Source: a cyanobacterium endosymbiont of Braarudosphaera bigelowii (GTDB lineage Bacteria > Cyanobacteriota > Cyanobacteriia > Cyanobacteriales > Microcystaceae). Taken from it: a stretch of DNA of 32,000 bases. This document shows positions 1 to 9,585 of this stretch, one piece after another (position 1 is the first letter of the stretch; every line of letters begins with the position of its first letter). The notes beneath the pieces are model-generated. The model did not search any database. It was not told the DNA's origin and saw only the letters and a program-made list of their open reading frames with translations. Position numbers and translations under genes: made by a program. The stretch lies in NCBI RefSeq assembly GCF_020885515.1, contig NZ_AP024987.1:540001-572000 (forward strand). The letters are read 5' to 3'.

Positions 1-1089
1 GCCAATAAAGAAGATTTAAAACAAGCTTATCGACGTCTTGCTCGAAAATATCATCCTGATGTCAATAAAGAGGCAGGAGCTGAAGAACGATTCAAAGAGA
101 TTAACCGCGCATACGAGGTATTATCTGAACCTGATACACGAAACCGTTATGATCAGTTTGGGGAAGCTGGAGTTAATGGTGCAAGTGGTTTTAATCAAGG
201 TGATATGGGAGATATGGGTGGCTTTGCCGATATCTTTGAAACTATTTTCAGCGGATTTGGAGGTGGAACTAGTACAACAGGGACACGTCGTCGTAATGAG
301 CCAGCGAAAGGAGACGATTTACGTCTTGATCTCAAATTAAACTTTCGTGAAGCAATATTTGGAGGAGAAAAAGAAATTCGTATTCCCCACCTTGAAACAT
401 GTACGATATGTCAAGGTAGTGGTGCCAAACCAGGAACAAAAAGAAAAACCTGTCCAACTTGTGATGGTCAAGGGCAAGTACGTCGCTCAACCCGTACTCC
501 ATTTGGAAGTTTTGCTCAAGTCTCCACCTGTCCAACCTGTAACGGTGAAGGAGAAATTATTGAAGAAAAATGTGAGGTCTGTGGTGGTGCTGGACGTAGA
601 CAAGTGACTGAAAAAGTAAAAATCACGATCCCAGCTGGAGTAGGAGATGGAACCCGTCTCAGAGTATCGCGTAAAGGAGATGCTGGATTAAGAGGAGGGG
701 TAGCAGGAGATCTTTACGTATACTTATACGTTGAACCTGACAAAGTTTTTACTCGAGAAAAGATGAATATCCTTTCAGAGATTAAGGTTAGTTATCTGCA
801 AGCCATTCTCGGATGCACTGTCTCAATTGATACAGTAGATGGGAAAAAAGACTTGCCCATTCCCCCTGGTACACAGCCTAAAACAGTCTTAACTCTAGAT
901 AGTTTGGGTGTTCCTAAATTAGGAAATGATGCCATTCGTGGTGATCACTTGATTACAGTTAATGTAGATATTCCTACTAGAATTAATTCTGAAGAAAGAG
1001 AGCTTTTAGAAAAGCTGGCTGTAATTAAAGGTCAGACTCATGGCAAAGGTGGAATAGAAGGATTTTTAGGGAGTTTGTTTAACAAATGA
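1..1089 (+). CDS. dnaJ: Chaperone protein DnaJ, 5'-truncated by window edge
   Basis: Frame 1 is open from base 1 ([25 protein letters not shown]-domain HPD motif), followed by a G-rich linker and four CxxCxGxG zinc motifs ([32 protein letters not shown]), ending at TGA 1087-1089. The track's ORF at 205 is only an internal Met. Confidence 0.97.
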   Translation, partial: ANKEDLKQAYRRLARKYHPDVNKEAGAEERFKEINRAYEVLSEPDTRNRYDQFGEAGVNGASGFNQGDMGDMGGFADIFETIFSGFGGGTSTTGTRRRNEPAKGDDLRLDLKLNFREAIFGGEKEIRIPHLETCTICQGSGAKPGTKRKTCPTCDGQGQVRRSTRTPFGSFAQVSTCPTCNGEGEIIEEKCEVCGGAGRRQVTEKVKITIPAGVGDGTRLRVSRKGDAGLRGGVAGDLYVYLYVEPDKVFTREKMNILSEIKVSYLQAILGCTVSIDTVDGKKDLPIPPGTQPKTVLTLDSLGVPKLGNDAIRGDHLITVNVDIPTRINSEERELLEKLAVIKGQTHGKGGIEGFLGSLFNK

Positions 1090-1325
1090 ACTCTTTAAGC
1101 TCAGATGCACTTCTTTTAGATTTGCGCGGAGTCTCTTGTCCTCTAAACTTTATTCGCATTAAATTAAAGTTAGAGAATATTCTTTCTGGATCTATTTTAG
1201 AAGTTTGGTTAGATCCTGGTGAGCCGATGGAACAAGTTCCTGAAAGTTTAACAATGGAAGGTTACCAAATAGAATCCATAAGCGATCATCACGAATTTTT
1301 TTCTATTAAAATTCGTTGTTCTTAA
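1086..1325 (+). CDS. TusA/SirA-like sulfurtransferase family protein
   Basis: 79 aa with the [16 protein letters not shown] motif; ATGA overlap with the dnaJ stop. Confidence 0.85.
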   Translation: MNSLSSDALLLDLRGVSCPLNFIRIKLKLENILSGSILEVWLDPGEPMEQVPESLTMEGYQIESISDHHEFFSIKIRCS

Positions 1326-1386
1326 TAGAAAAAGATGGGAATCTACTAATATAAGTAATTACTTTCATTGTATTTTATTATGAATT

Positions 1387-2505
1387 TTGTTTATTGTGTA
1401 TGATATAAACTCAACACATGATTGTTTGCCTACCACTGTTCCAAATAATTTTGGAACAGTGGTAGCGATCCAGGCTAATTTTTATCGAGTTCATCTAGAT
1501 AAAAATTATGGAGATGAGAATTCTTACTCTATTCCATACTTACTTTGTACTCGGCGTAGTCGTCTTAAAAAGATTGGACAAAACGTCATGGTAGGAGATC
1601 GTGTAACAATAGTAAAATCTAATCATGAAGATTCTCGAGGATCAATTGTTTCTATCTTACCTCGCAAAACAGAATTATCTCGTCCTCAAGTAGCTAACGC
1701 AGATCAAATACTTTTACTTTTCCCTTTTAAAGAACCTGAGTTAGAACCTTGGCAATTGAGCCGCTTTCTTGTCAAAGCAGAATCAACATTAATTCCATTG
1801 GTCTTGTGTTTTAATAAAGTCGACTTACTTGAAACTGAAGAGCAGACAAGATGGAAAATGAGACTAGATGAGTGGGGATATAGTCCACTTTTAATAAGTA
1901 CTTTTACTATTCAAGGATTTCAACAACTCTCCGATTGTCTACAAAATAAATTTACAATTTTAGCTGGTCCATCTGGGGCTGGCAAATCTAGCTTAATTAA
2001 TAAATTAGTTCCTAATATCGAACAAAGAGTTAATGAGGTTTCAGGTAAATTACGTAAAGGACGTCATACTACTCGTCATGTTGAACTTTTCAGGTTACCT
2101 GGAGGAGGATTAATAGCTGATACTCCTGGTTTTAATCAAGCTGATTTACAATGTGATCCTTATAAATTAATTAATTATTTTCCTGAGGCAAAAGCTCAAC
2201 TAAAACAAGGTAAATGTCAATTTAATAATTGTCTGCATAAAAGTGAACCAAACTGTATTGTCAGTAAAAATTGGGAGAGATATAGACACTATTTAACTAT
2301 ATTAGCAGAAATACTTTTGCAAAAAGAAGTAGACCAAAAAATAAAGGTTCAGGAATCAACATTAAAACTCAAGATTAAAGCTTTTGGAAAAGAATGTTAT
2401 GAGCCAAAATTAGAAATTAAGAAATATCGACGTCATTCTAGAAAAGACAGAAAACAAAACTTACAAGAATTATATGAAAACGAAAACTTAGAAGACTTAG
2501 AATGA
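1387..2505 (+). CDS. rsgA: Ribosome small subunit-dependent GTPase A
   Basis: Circularly permuted GTPase motifs: NKVD, AGPSGAGKSSLINKL, DTPGF; C-terminal CxxxxCxH...C zinc site (CQFNNCLHKSEPNC). The TTG start is uncertain and a downstream start is possible. Confidence 0.93.
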   Translation: MFIVYDINSTHDCLPTTVPNNFGTVVAIQANFYRVHLDKNYGDENSYSIPYLLCTRRSRLKKIGQNVMVGDRVTIVKSNHEDSRGSIVSILPRKTELSRPQVANADQILLLFPFKEPELEPWQLSRFLVKAESTLIPLVLCFNKVDLLETEEQTRWKMRLDEWGYSPLLISTFTIQGFQQLSDCLQNKFTILAGPSGAGKSSLINKLVPNIEQRVNEVSGKLRKGRHTTRHVELFRLPGGGLIADTPGFNQADLQCDPYKLINYFPEAKAQLKQGKCQFNNCLHKSEPNCIVSKNWERYRHYLTILAEILLQKEVDQKIKVQESTLKLKIKAFGKECYEPKLEIKKYRRHSRKDRKQNLQELYENENLEDLE

Positions 2506-2678
2506 TAACAAAATATTAACGCTCTAATAGTTGTGTTGAATAGGTTACTAATTTTTCTTCGAAAAACATTTATTTAAGAAGGGAAGTTACTAGTTCGAAA
2601 CCAATTTTCTGCAATCATGATTTTATTTTTTTTGTTAAAAATTTGCTGATTAACTTTAAAATAAAAGTAGATACATAT

Positions 2679-2981
2679 TCAGATTCTATTTCTATTATTT
2701 TTCAATTCTAATAAGCTCACTGTTCCTACTAAAAAAGCATAAATTCCATACCTGATATAATTTTCATTTCTTAACTGCATATAGTAAACCATTATTAAAG
2801 ATTCAATTAAATGAATTATAAGTGCAAATCGGCCTATCCAAAATAACAATTTTAAATAATGAGGAAGTTCATAATTATTAATTAAAACATACATACTATA
2901 CAATTCAGCTGTAATAGCACTACTAACTAAAATTATAGACATTATTTTAGTCAAAAGAATAATCAATTTATATAATCTCAT
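2679..2981 (-). CDS. Small hydrophobic membrane protein, probably conserved cyanobacterial hypothetical
   Basis: 100 aa ORF with about three predicted hydrophobic segments; divergent from glyS; no overlapping better ORF. Confidence 0.6.
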   Translation of the reverse strand: MRLYKLIILLTKIMSIILVSSAITAELYSMYVLINNYELPHYLKLLFWIGRFALIIHLIESLIMVYYMQLRNENYIRYGIYAFLVGTVSLLELKNNRNRI

Positions 2982-3257
2982 ATCAAAAAATTTCTCTGTA
3001 AGTTTAATTAGAATTAATATTAGAAAGTAAAATTACTAATTTTGATAGAAACTTTTAACAAATTTCTTTAAGTATTCTCAACATAAAACTTATATAGGTA
3101 AATGACTATTTAAAATAGAATTTATTTTAATAAATATAGTTAGTTAAAAATTTTGAGAATTTTTTAAAAAATATAAAATATATACAAAAACAATATAACT
3201 TATAATGCATAGTGTTAAGATCATACATTATTTGAGATATGTTTTTATTACATTAGT

Positions 3258-5396
3258 ATGATCTTTTTATTAGAAATTGGTACAGAAGAATTACCTACAA
3301 GTTTTATTAGCCGTGCTATTGATCAATGGAAACAAATAATTCCTACTAGCTTAGAAAAAAATTTTTTGACTTCAGAATCTATTTCTGTCTATGGAACACC
3401 AAGACGGCTAGCTGTTATTATTCCTGGACTATTAGAAAAACAGAAAGAACGCAACGAACTAATAAAAGGTCCTAATGTTAAAGCAGCATTTAAAGAAGGA
3501 AAACCAACTGCAGCCTTAGAAGGATTTGCACGAAAACAAAATGTTGAAATTAATAGCTTAGAAATTCGTCCTACTAAAAAAGGGGACTGTGTATTTATTG
3601 ATAAAAAGATTCAAGGTATTGAAACAATTGAGATTTTACCAAAATTAATTCATAGTTGGATTAGTACTTTAGAAGGCAAACGGTTTATGAGATGGGGAAA
3701 TGGTAATTTTAAATTTTCTCGTCCAATTCGATGGATAGTATCTCTATGTGATTCTAAAGTATTACCTATAAAAATTGAAAATGGAGATACTATAATCGAT
3801 AGTAATTCTTTTTCATATGGACATAGAATTTTAAAACCTGGTCCTATCAATATTCCACATGCTGCTTCTTATCTAGATATATTAAGATCTGCTTATGTTG
3901 AAGTAGATCCTATTAAACGTCATAACACTATTGAAAATAATATTAAAACAATAGCTAAAAATTTAAAAGGAGCTATCGATAATTCTCAAGAATTATTAAC
4001 AGAAGTTGTAAATTTAGTGGAATATCCTACAGCAATTATAGGATATTTTGACCAAGAATTTTTAGGACTCCCTGATGAAGTCATAACAACTGTAATGATT
4101 AAGCACCAAAGGTATTTTCCAATTAAGCAAATATCTAATAATCAGCTTTTACCGCAATTTATTAGTATCTCTAATGGTGACCCTAACAAAAGTACAACAA
4201 TTATCCGAGGAAATGAAAAAGTATTAAAAGCCAGGCTATCAGATGCTCAATTCTTTTATGTATCTGATTGTAATCAGCCTTTACATAGCTATCTTCCTCA
4301 ATTACAGAATGTTATTTTTCAGAAAGAATTAGGAAGTATAAGAGATAAAGTGGATCGGATCATAAGTATTGCTGAACAAATATCTGAGCAATTGCAATTT
4401 ACGCCACAACAGATAAAAGAGGTTATAAGAACATCCCTTTTGTGTAAAGCTGATCTTGTAACCCAAATGGTATACGAATTTCCAGAACTACAAGGAATTA
4501 TGGGTCAAAAGTATGCTTTAGTCAATGGAGAGTCAGAAATTGTTGCCCAGGGAATCTTTGATCATTACTTACCACGTGGGCATAATGATCAAATGCCAAA
4601 ATCTTTAACAGGTATTGTTGTTGGAATTGCTGATCGTTTGGATACCTTAATTGGAATTTTCGGATTAGGAATGATTCCAACAGGATCATCTGATCCTTTC
4701 GGTTTAAGAAGAGCAGCAAATGCTATTATTTCTATAATATGGGAATCTCAAAGATCTATAGATTTATCTGATCTAATATTTAAAGGGTGCGATTCATTTA
4801 TTCTAAATAATTCTGACAAAGAATCTCCTCTAAAATCATTAAAACATTTTTTTGTTCAACGCATTCAATCTCTACTACAAGATGAGCTAAAAATTGATTA
4901 TGATTTAGTAAAAGCAGTACTGGGTGATATGGATTCTGAATATATTGAACGTGCTTTTCAAGATGTTACAGATTTAAAAAGACGTGCTCAATTTTTACAA
5001 AATATACGTGACAATGGAACCCTAAAAAAAGTATATCAGACCATTAATCGCTCAACTCGTTTGGCAAAACAAGGTAGTCTTGAATATACAGAGCTTAGTC
5101 CTTATACAATAATTAATAATGACTTATTTAAAAAATCATCTGAACAAGAATTATATGATGGTTTAGTAGACTTAGTATCTACAGTAAATACTATTAAAGC
5201 CAAGAAGGATTATGAGCTATTAATTGAAGGTTTAATCAAAATTACTCCGATAGTGGATGAATTTTTTGACGGGGAAAATAGTGTTTTGGTGATGGATGAA
5301 AATCAAAAAATTAAACAAAATCGTTTAAACTTATTAGGAATTCTACGTAATTATGGAAGAATATTGGCTGACTTTGGTGCAATTGTTAAAAGTTAA
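3258..5396 (+). CDS. glyS: Glycine--tRNA ligase beta subunit
   Basis: 712 aa: MIFLLEIGTEELPTSFI N-terminus, GTPRRLAV, KRFMRWG...FSRPIRWIV, HRYFPI, typical GlyRS beta. Confidence 0.97.
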   Translation: MIFLLEIGTEELPTSFISRAIDQWKQIIPTSLEKNFLTSESISVYGTPRRLAVIIPGLLEKQKERNELIKGPNVKAAFKEGKPTAALEGFARKQNVEINSLEIRPTKKGDCVFIDKKIQGIETIEILPKLIHSWISTLEGKRFMRWGNGNFKFSRPIRWIVSLCDSKVLPIKIENGDTIIDSNSFSYGHRILKPGPINIPHAASYLDILRSAYVEVDPIKRHNTIENNIKTIAKNLKGAIDNSQELLTEVVNLVEYPTAIIGYFDQEFLGLPDEVITTVMIKHQRYFPIKQISNNQLLPQFISISNGDPNKSTTIIRGNEKVLKARLSDAQFFYVSDCNQPLHSYLPQLQNVIFQKELGSIRDKVDRIISIAEQISEQLQFTPQQIKEVIRTSLLCKADLVTQMVYEFPELQGIMGQKYALVNGESEIVAQGIFDHYLPRGHNDQMPKSLTGIVVGIADRLDTLIGIFGLGMIPTGSSDPFGLRRAANAIISIIWESQRSIDLSDLIFKGCDSFILNNSDKESPLKSLKHFFVQRIQSLLQDELKIDYDLVKAVLGDMDSEYIERAFQDVTDLKRRAQFLQNIRDNGTLKKVYQTINRSTRLAKQGSLEYTELSPYTIINNDLFKKSSEQELYDGLVDLVSTVNTIKAKKDYELLIEGLIKITPIVDEFFDGENSVLVMDENQKIKQNRLNLLGILRNYGRILADFGAIVKS

Positions 5397-5460
5397 CATA
5401 ATTCAAAATTATAAGTATATATATGCTAGTTATATATAGCGATATCTCCTAAACAATAGA

Positions 5461-5511
5461 AGAACCATAACATTATTAAGAATCTATGATTCTTGATAAT
5501 GTTATGGTTCT
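5461..5511. terminator. Long hairpin, likely terminator between convergent glyS and DUF3531 gene
   Basis: Left arm 5461-5484 AGAACCATAACATTATTAAGAATC, loop TAT, right arm 5488-5511 GATTCTTGATAATGTTATGGTTCT; 24 bp with one G-U wobble; followed by TACCTTTTT on the + strand. Confidence 0.75.
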
Positions 5512-5631
5512 TACCTTTTTATTAAACTCTTGTCTAAAATTAGTATTTAGTTCAGTATTTTATATATGGAAATAGAAACTATAGAATAAAGGTATCCCAA
5601 TTAAATTATTCTAATAATAACTTTTAATATT

Positions 5632-6087
5632 CTAGGCTAAATCTTCATCAAAAAATATAGATTCTTCCTGTTCTACAATACACCAATCTTCATTTTCTCC
5701 TCCAATAATCAACTGTTTAATTTTAACTAATTCTTTATCTAATTGATTTAAAGAATTTATCAAAATGTCTAATGCAAACAAATCACTAGTACCTAAATCA
5801 AGCCAACAACGTCCCCATAAATTTTGATATTCAAAATCTCCCATATTGTGCATGAGAGCCATCATGCTGTTATCAAGAATATCTATATTATAATTGATAT
5901 AACTAATGTCAACTCCAGCGTCTTGTACTTGTAAATTTTCGGCGTTAAATGCACCTAATTTACCTAAATAGAACCAAGAATTAAACACTTCTTCGATATA
6001 TTTTTTCTCTGAAGAAGACGGAACTGTTTCAAATTCTAACCATATCCATAGGTCAAAAGGATTAAATTCTCGAAATCTGATTTCCAT
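5632..6087 (-). CDS. DUF3531 family protein
   Basis: MEIRFREFNPFDLWIWLEFETVPSSSEKKYIEEVFNSWFYLGKLGAFNAENLQVQ resembles the conserved cyanobacterial/plant DUF3531 family (recalled family knowledge). Confidence 0.8.
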   Translation of the reverse strand: MEIRFREFNPFDLWIWLEFETVPSSSEKKYIEEVFNSWFYLGKLGAFNAENLQVQDAGVDISYINYNIDILDNSMMALMHNMGDFEYQNLWGRCWLDLGTSDLFALDILINSLNQLDKELVKIKQLIIGGENEDWCIVEQEESIFFDEDLA

Positions 6088-6195
6088 AAAATAATAAAAA
6101 GTTAACTAAAAGATCATGTTGTAAAAAATTTTGACTAATTTCTATAAAATTTTAAAAATTGAATTAGCAGATATATAAACTGTGACAAAAATTAA

Positions 6196-7251
6196 TTAGT
6201 TTTCAGTCAGTAAAGATAAAGGAGACAAATTAGGACTAAGAGTGTTTATATCGATACCAGTTTTATGAGCTATCAAAACACCTAGTGCTTCTAAATATGA
6301 ACTTACTGTAATAGTTTTTAGACCTAATGATTCAGATGGAACATCAATAGTTGTCTTATTTTCTGTCACTGCTATTATAAGTGAATCTCTTTGACTAAAA
6401 CTAAAAATAGATGAGCCCCCACAAGCAGTTGCTGGTACTACTAAAGCATCGATATCATCAGCCCAAATACTATGAAAACGTTGTTTAGTAATAAATTGTG
6501 GAGCACGACTTAATCCAACTAAGACAGAAGATAAAAACGTATAGCCTAATTCTTCTGCTGCTGAACGAGGAGAAACAGTATCATCTAATGGCAAAGGATG
6601 TAAAGCAGGAGCATGAGCAGCTGGTATACAAAATTGACTAACTATTAAGTGTGAAATGATTGATTCAGCGCCTGCTATAGGATCAACACCATTGCCGGAA
6701 CGATAATTACTAATTAATGTTTCATCTATTGTGTCAGGAAAACGAGATACTATAGCGATCGCTTCAGCCCCATTCTTATCAATCAATTTTTCAGCAGCTC
6801 TTAGTAAACTACCTGGATTATTAATTGTCCCCCAGCTTGTTCCTGAGTTAGCGATGCGGGTTTCTACACCCAGTGGAGCATCTGTAATCATATAGTCAGT
6901 TAATCTTAATCCAAGAGTCCCCCTTGCTGCATTCGCAGCTTGTATATGTCTAGACATTAGTTCTGATTCAATTCCTTGATCAAGAATTAATCCGACTTTA
7001 TTTGAAAGTACTGGATTCAATCCCCAATTACCACAAGCAAAATTATCTAAACCATAGCCTTCAACATAAAGAATATTGCTAGAAGGCCAGTATAATTGTG
7101 CTCCGTTTAAAACATTGGGGTGAGTAATTAAATAATCACATACTTTTGCCATAGCCCTAGCTAAAGGCAAGGCATCTCCAGCATAACCACCAATAGATGC
7201 TCCAATACCTGTAGGAACAATTAAAACAGCACTATAAGGACGACTAATCAC
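6196..7251 (-). CDS. DUF3326 family protein
   Basis: 351 aa: MISRPYSAVLIVPTGIGASIGGYAGDALPLARAMAKVCDYLITHPNVLNGAQLYWP... typical of cyanobacterial/plant DUF3326 proteins. Confidence 0.82.
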   Translation of the reverse strand: MISRPYSAVLIVPTGIGASIGGYAGDALPLARAMAKVCDYLITHPNVLNGAQLYWPSSNILYVEGYGLDNFACGNWGLNPVLSNKVGLILDQGIESELMSRHIQAANAARGTLGLRLTDYMITDAPLGVETRIANSGTSWGTINNPGSLLRAAEKLIDKNGAEAIAIVSRFPDTIDETLISNYRSGNGVDPIAGAESIISHLIVSQFCIPAAHAPALHPLPLDDTVSPRSAAEELGYTFLSSVLVGLSRAPQFITKQRFHSIWADDIDALVVPATACGGSSIFSFSQRDSLIIAVTENKTTIDVPSESLGLKTITVSSYLEALGVLIAHKTGIDINTLSPNLSPLSLLTEN

Positions 7252-7325
7252 AAATTTGTTATAAGATAATAATTAATATTTTGAGTATAATTAAATTACA
7301 AAATTTAGAACAATTTCATATGTAA

Positions 7326-7505
7326 CTACAAACAGTCTTTAATAATAACAGCTTCTAGTTGAGCAGTTTTCTTTTGAATATTTACTTTTGTAATTGCCCA
7401 ACGTAAAGGTTTTCCATATTTTAATAATTCTATTTCTATATTTTTTTGGAAGGTCTTTATGTTTTTTGGTATTTTAATTGTTATCTCAATAAAGTCAGTT
7501 ACCAT
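7326..7505 (-). CDS. Small conserved-looking protein, 59 aa, absent from supplied ORF track
   Basis: Manual translation: MVTDFIEITIKIPKNIKTFQKNIEIELLKYGKPLRWAITKVNIQKKTAQLEAVIIKDCL*. Amphipathic, protein-like composition, same orientation as flanking minus-strand genes. Too short for a 60-aa cut-off. Confidence 0.6.
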   Translation of the reverse strand: MVTDFIEITIKIPKNIKTFQKNIEIELLKYGKPLRWAITKVNIQKKTAQLEAVIIKDCL

Positions 7506-7647
7506 TAATTTATATATGTGCTTTGTATAAAAATATACTATGTTGTTTATAGATTAGACATTTTACCATTAGCTCTAGCTAAGTGATTAAGCGTCAGATC
7601 ATATTTTAGATTAGATTTTTGTATTTAATCTTAGTCTAGATTCAATC

Positions 7648-7677
7648 AAATACCTATACCAATAGATATAGGTATTT
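7648..7677. terminator. Hairpin 3' of the HU gene, possible terminator
   Basis: AAATACCTATA (7648-7658) / TATAGGTATTT (7667-7677), 11 bp perfect; between the minus-strand HU gene and the minus-strand 59-aa ORF. Confidence 0.45.
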
Positions 7678-7733
7678 AATCTTAAAACAGCTTTGTAATG
7701 AAATATTATACAAAGTCTGTGTAAGACATTGAG

Positions 7734-8015
7734 CTACATAGATTCTACAACTTTTTCTTTAAAAACCTTTCCAGCAGAAAATGCTGGAACTGTAGTTGCA
7801 GGAATGGTAATTGGTTGTCCTGTTTGAGGATTCATACCTTTTCGCTCCTTTCTGTCTCTTGGCTCAAATGTTCCAAATCCTACCAAAACTACCTTGTTCC
7901 CAGAAGCAACTGTTTCCATAATTGTATTCGTTAGTGCATCCAGGATTTGACTCGTTTCTTTCTTAGTAAGACGAGTCTTTGCAGCAATAGTGTTAACGAG
8001 GTCTTCTTTATTCAT
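7734..8015 (-). CDS. hup: DNA-binding protein HU
   Basis: MNKEDLVNTIAAKTRLTKKETSQILDA...VGFGTFEPRDRKERKGMNPQTGQPITIPA...PAFSAGKVFKEKV, canonical HU/IHF. Confidence 0.97.
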   Translation of the reverse strand: MNKEDLVNTIAAKTRLTKKETSQILDALTNTIMETVASGNKVVLVGFGTFEPRDRKERKGMNPQTGQPITIPATTVPAFSAGKVFKEKVVESM

Positions 8016-8377
8016 TGTTAGTTGATAGAAAACTGTGACTGAGGCTGATTATAGCGGAAAATAATTTTTAGATCATCAAATAAGAAATAAGAACTATTAT
8101 TTTTCCATATAATAATCTTTTTTCTCTACTATTTTTTGTCTAATTTAGTAACTTAAAGAAATTGCTTTATTAAAAAAAATATTATTTTTTCAATATGTTT
8201 TTTTAGTTACAGTTTCCTAATAAGATGTCTTTATAGAATCCCTAATTACTTAACTAAAATCTAAAACATAATCAATCTAAGCAGTAAATATATTCTTAGC
8301 AGAAGAAAAATTTAAACAATATTAATACTTAAACTTATATTTAGAGATATATTTTAAATATTTTCTTCAGGTTTAAG

Positions 8378-9193
8378 TTAACGGTGTATAAAAACTCCTA
8401 ATCCTATTAAGATTATTCCCCATAGTTTTTGTCTCTGAATATCTTCTTTTAATATCAGTTTAGCTCCTAGCATACTTATGATATAAGTTAGTGCAGTTGC
8501 TGGACGAGCAAAACTAATGTCTGTCCAACTTAGAACAGAAATAAAACTAAAAAATGCAATGCCTTGACATGCGATACCACTAATAATTAAAGGACTTGTT
8601 ATTATTTTAATAATCATTTTTTTAACTTCTGATAAAGTTACTTTCTCTATTTCTCCTATTTTTTTCATACCAACTGCTAGTAACAAATCTCCACTAGCAT
8701 CAGATACAGAACTAATCATGATTGCTAACCAAGTTTTTGATATGGTCAAACTAAATGGTAGAAAAAATAAGGGTAAATTTCTGGATTTAAGATTATTGTG
8801 TTGAACTGAATTAGCCGTTTTACTATCACTTAGTCCTACACATAGTGCACCACAAGAAATGACAAAAGTACTTAACCATCTCATACTTGTAACATCTTCT
8901 CCCAAGAAGGCCCAAGCAAAAATACCATTTAGAACATAACTAGAGGCATGAATAGGTAGAACATAACTGAGATCTAATTTTGATATTGCTGTCAAGTAAA
9001 GACTTAAAGAAATTATCAATATTCCTAAACCTGATAAAATCCAATAATTGGTTAAGACATAAGTAATTAAATATAGAATAATTGTTGGATTAGAAGAATC
9101 AAAGCCAACGAAGTCTTTCATGCCTCGACTTAAGAAAATATCGCCTAATACTTGAGTAATTGATAAAGATGCTAATAATAAAAAGATTTTCAC
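8378..9193 (-). CDS. EamA/DMT superfamily transporter, two-half membrane protein
   Basis: 271 aa, multiple TM segments; LPIHASSYVLNGIFAWAFLGEDVT and ARPATALTYIISMLGAKLILKEDI repeat-like DMT motifs in each half. Confidence 0.8.
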   Translation of the reverse strand: MKIFLLLASLSITQVLGDIFLSRGMKDFVGFDSSNPTIILYLITYVLTNYWILSGLGILIISLSLYLTAISKLDLSYVLPIHASSYVLNGIFAWAFLGEDVTSMRWLSTFVISCGALCVGLSDSKTANSVQHNNLKSRNLPLFFLPFSLTISKTWLAIMISSVSDASGDLLLAVGMKKIGEIEKVTLSEVKKMIIKIITSPLIISGIACQGIAFFSFISVLSWTDISFARPATALTYIISMLGAKLILKEDIQRQKLWGIILIGLGVFIHR

Positions 9194-9585
9194 AGTGTCT
9201 AATGATTGATCACTAATTTTTAACTGCTTTGTCTAATTCTCGTCTGATTCTCTATTAAGTTCATATTAATTTTTTATTAAACTTTCTCATCAAAATTATT
9301 ATCTTGATATTAGAGACGGAAAGATCAAAGCTTAATTTTTTTTACAAATAGAGATATTGAGATAGAAAAATGAATTAGAACTAACAGCTATTTATATATT
9401 TAAATGGTTACATTTAGACGTTCTATAGGATATTTTGTAAAGTTCAAAATTCAAACAGAGGAACTAAATTAACTTCAATAAGTCTTCACCATGAATGAAA
9501 AAATTCTCATATTAAAACAAAAATATTTTATATAAAAAGCTAAGATTATGTTCTTTTGTAATTTCAGCTATCTTAAAAGTGTCAT

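Noticed and set aside
38-607. ORFs 38..340 (+), 332..535 (-) and 347..607 (+)
   Set aside because: All lie within dnaJ in other frames. The real frame carries the J-domain and zinc-finger motifs.
3650-4719. ORFs 3650..3850 (-) and 4522..4719 (+)
   Set aside because: Shadow ORFs within the strongly supported glyS coding frame.
7560-7730. Possible tRNA or structured RNA in the spacer 3' of HU
   Set aside because: Only short inverted repeats were found. No cloverleaf, acceptor stem or TpsiC-like GTTCRA box with matching stem.
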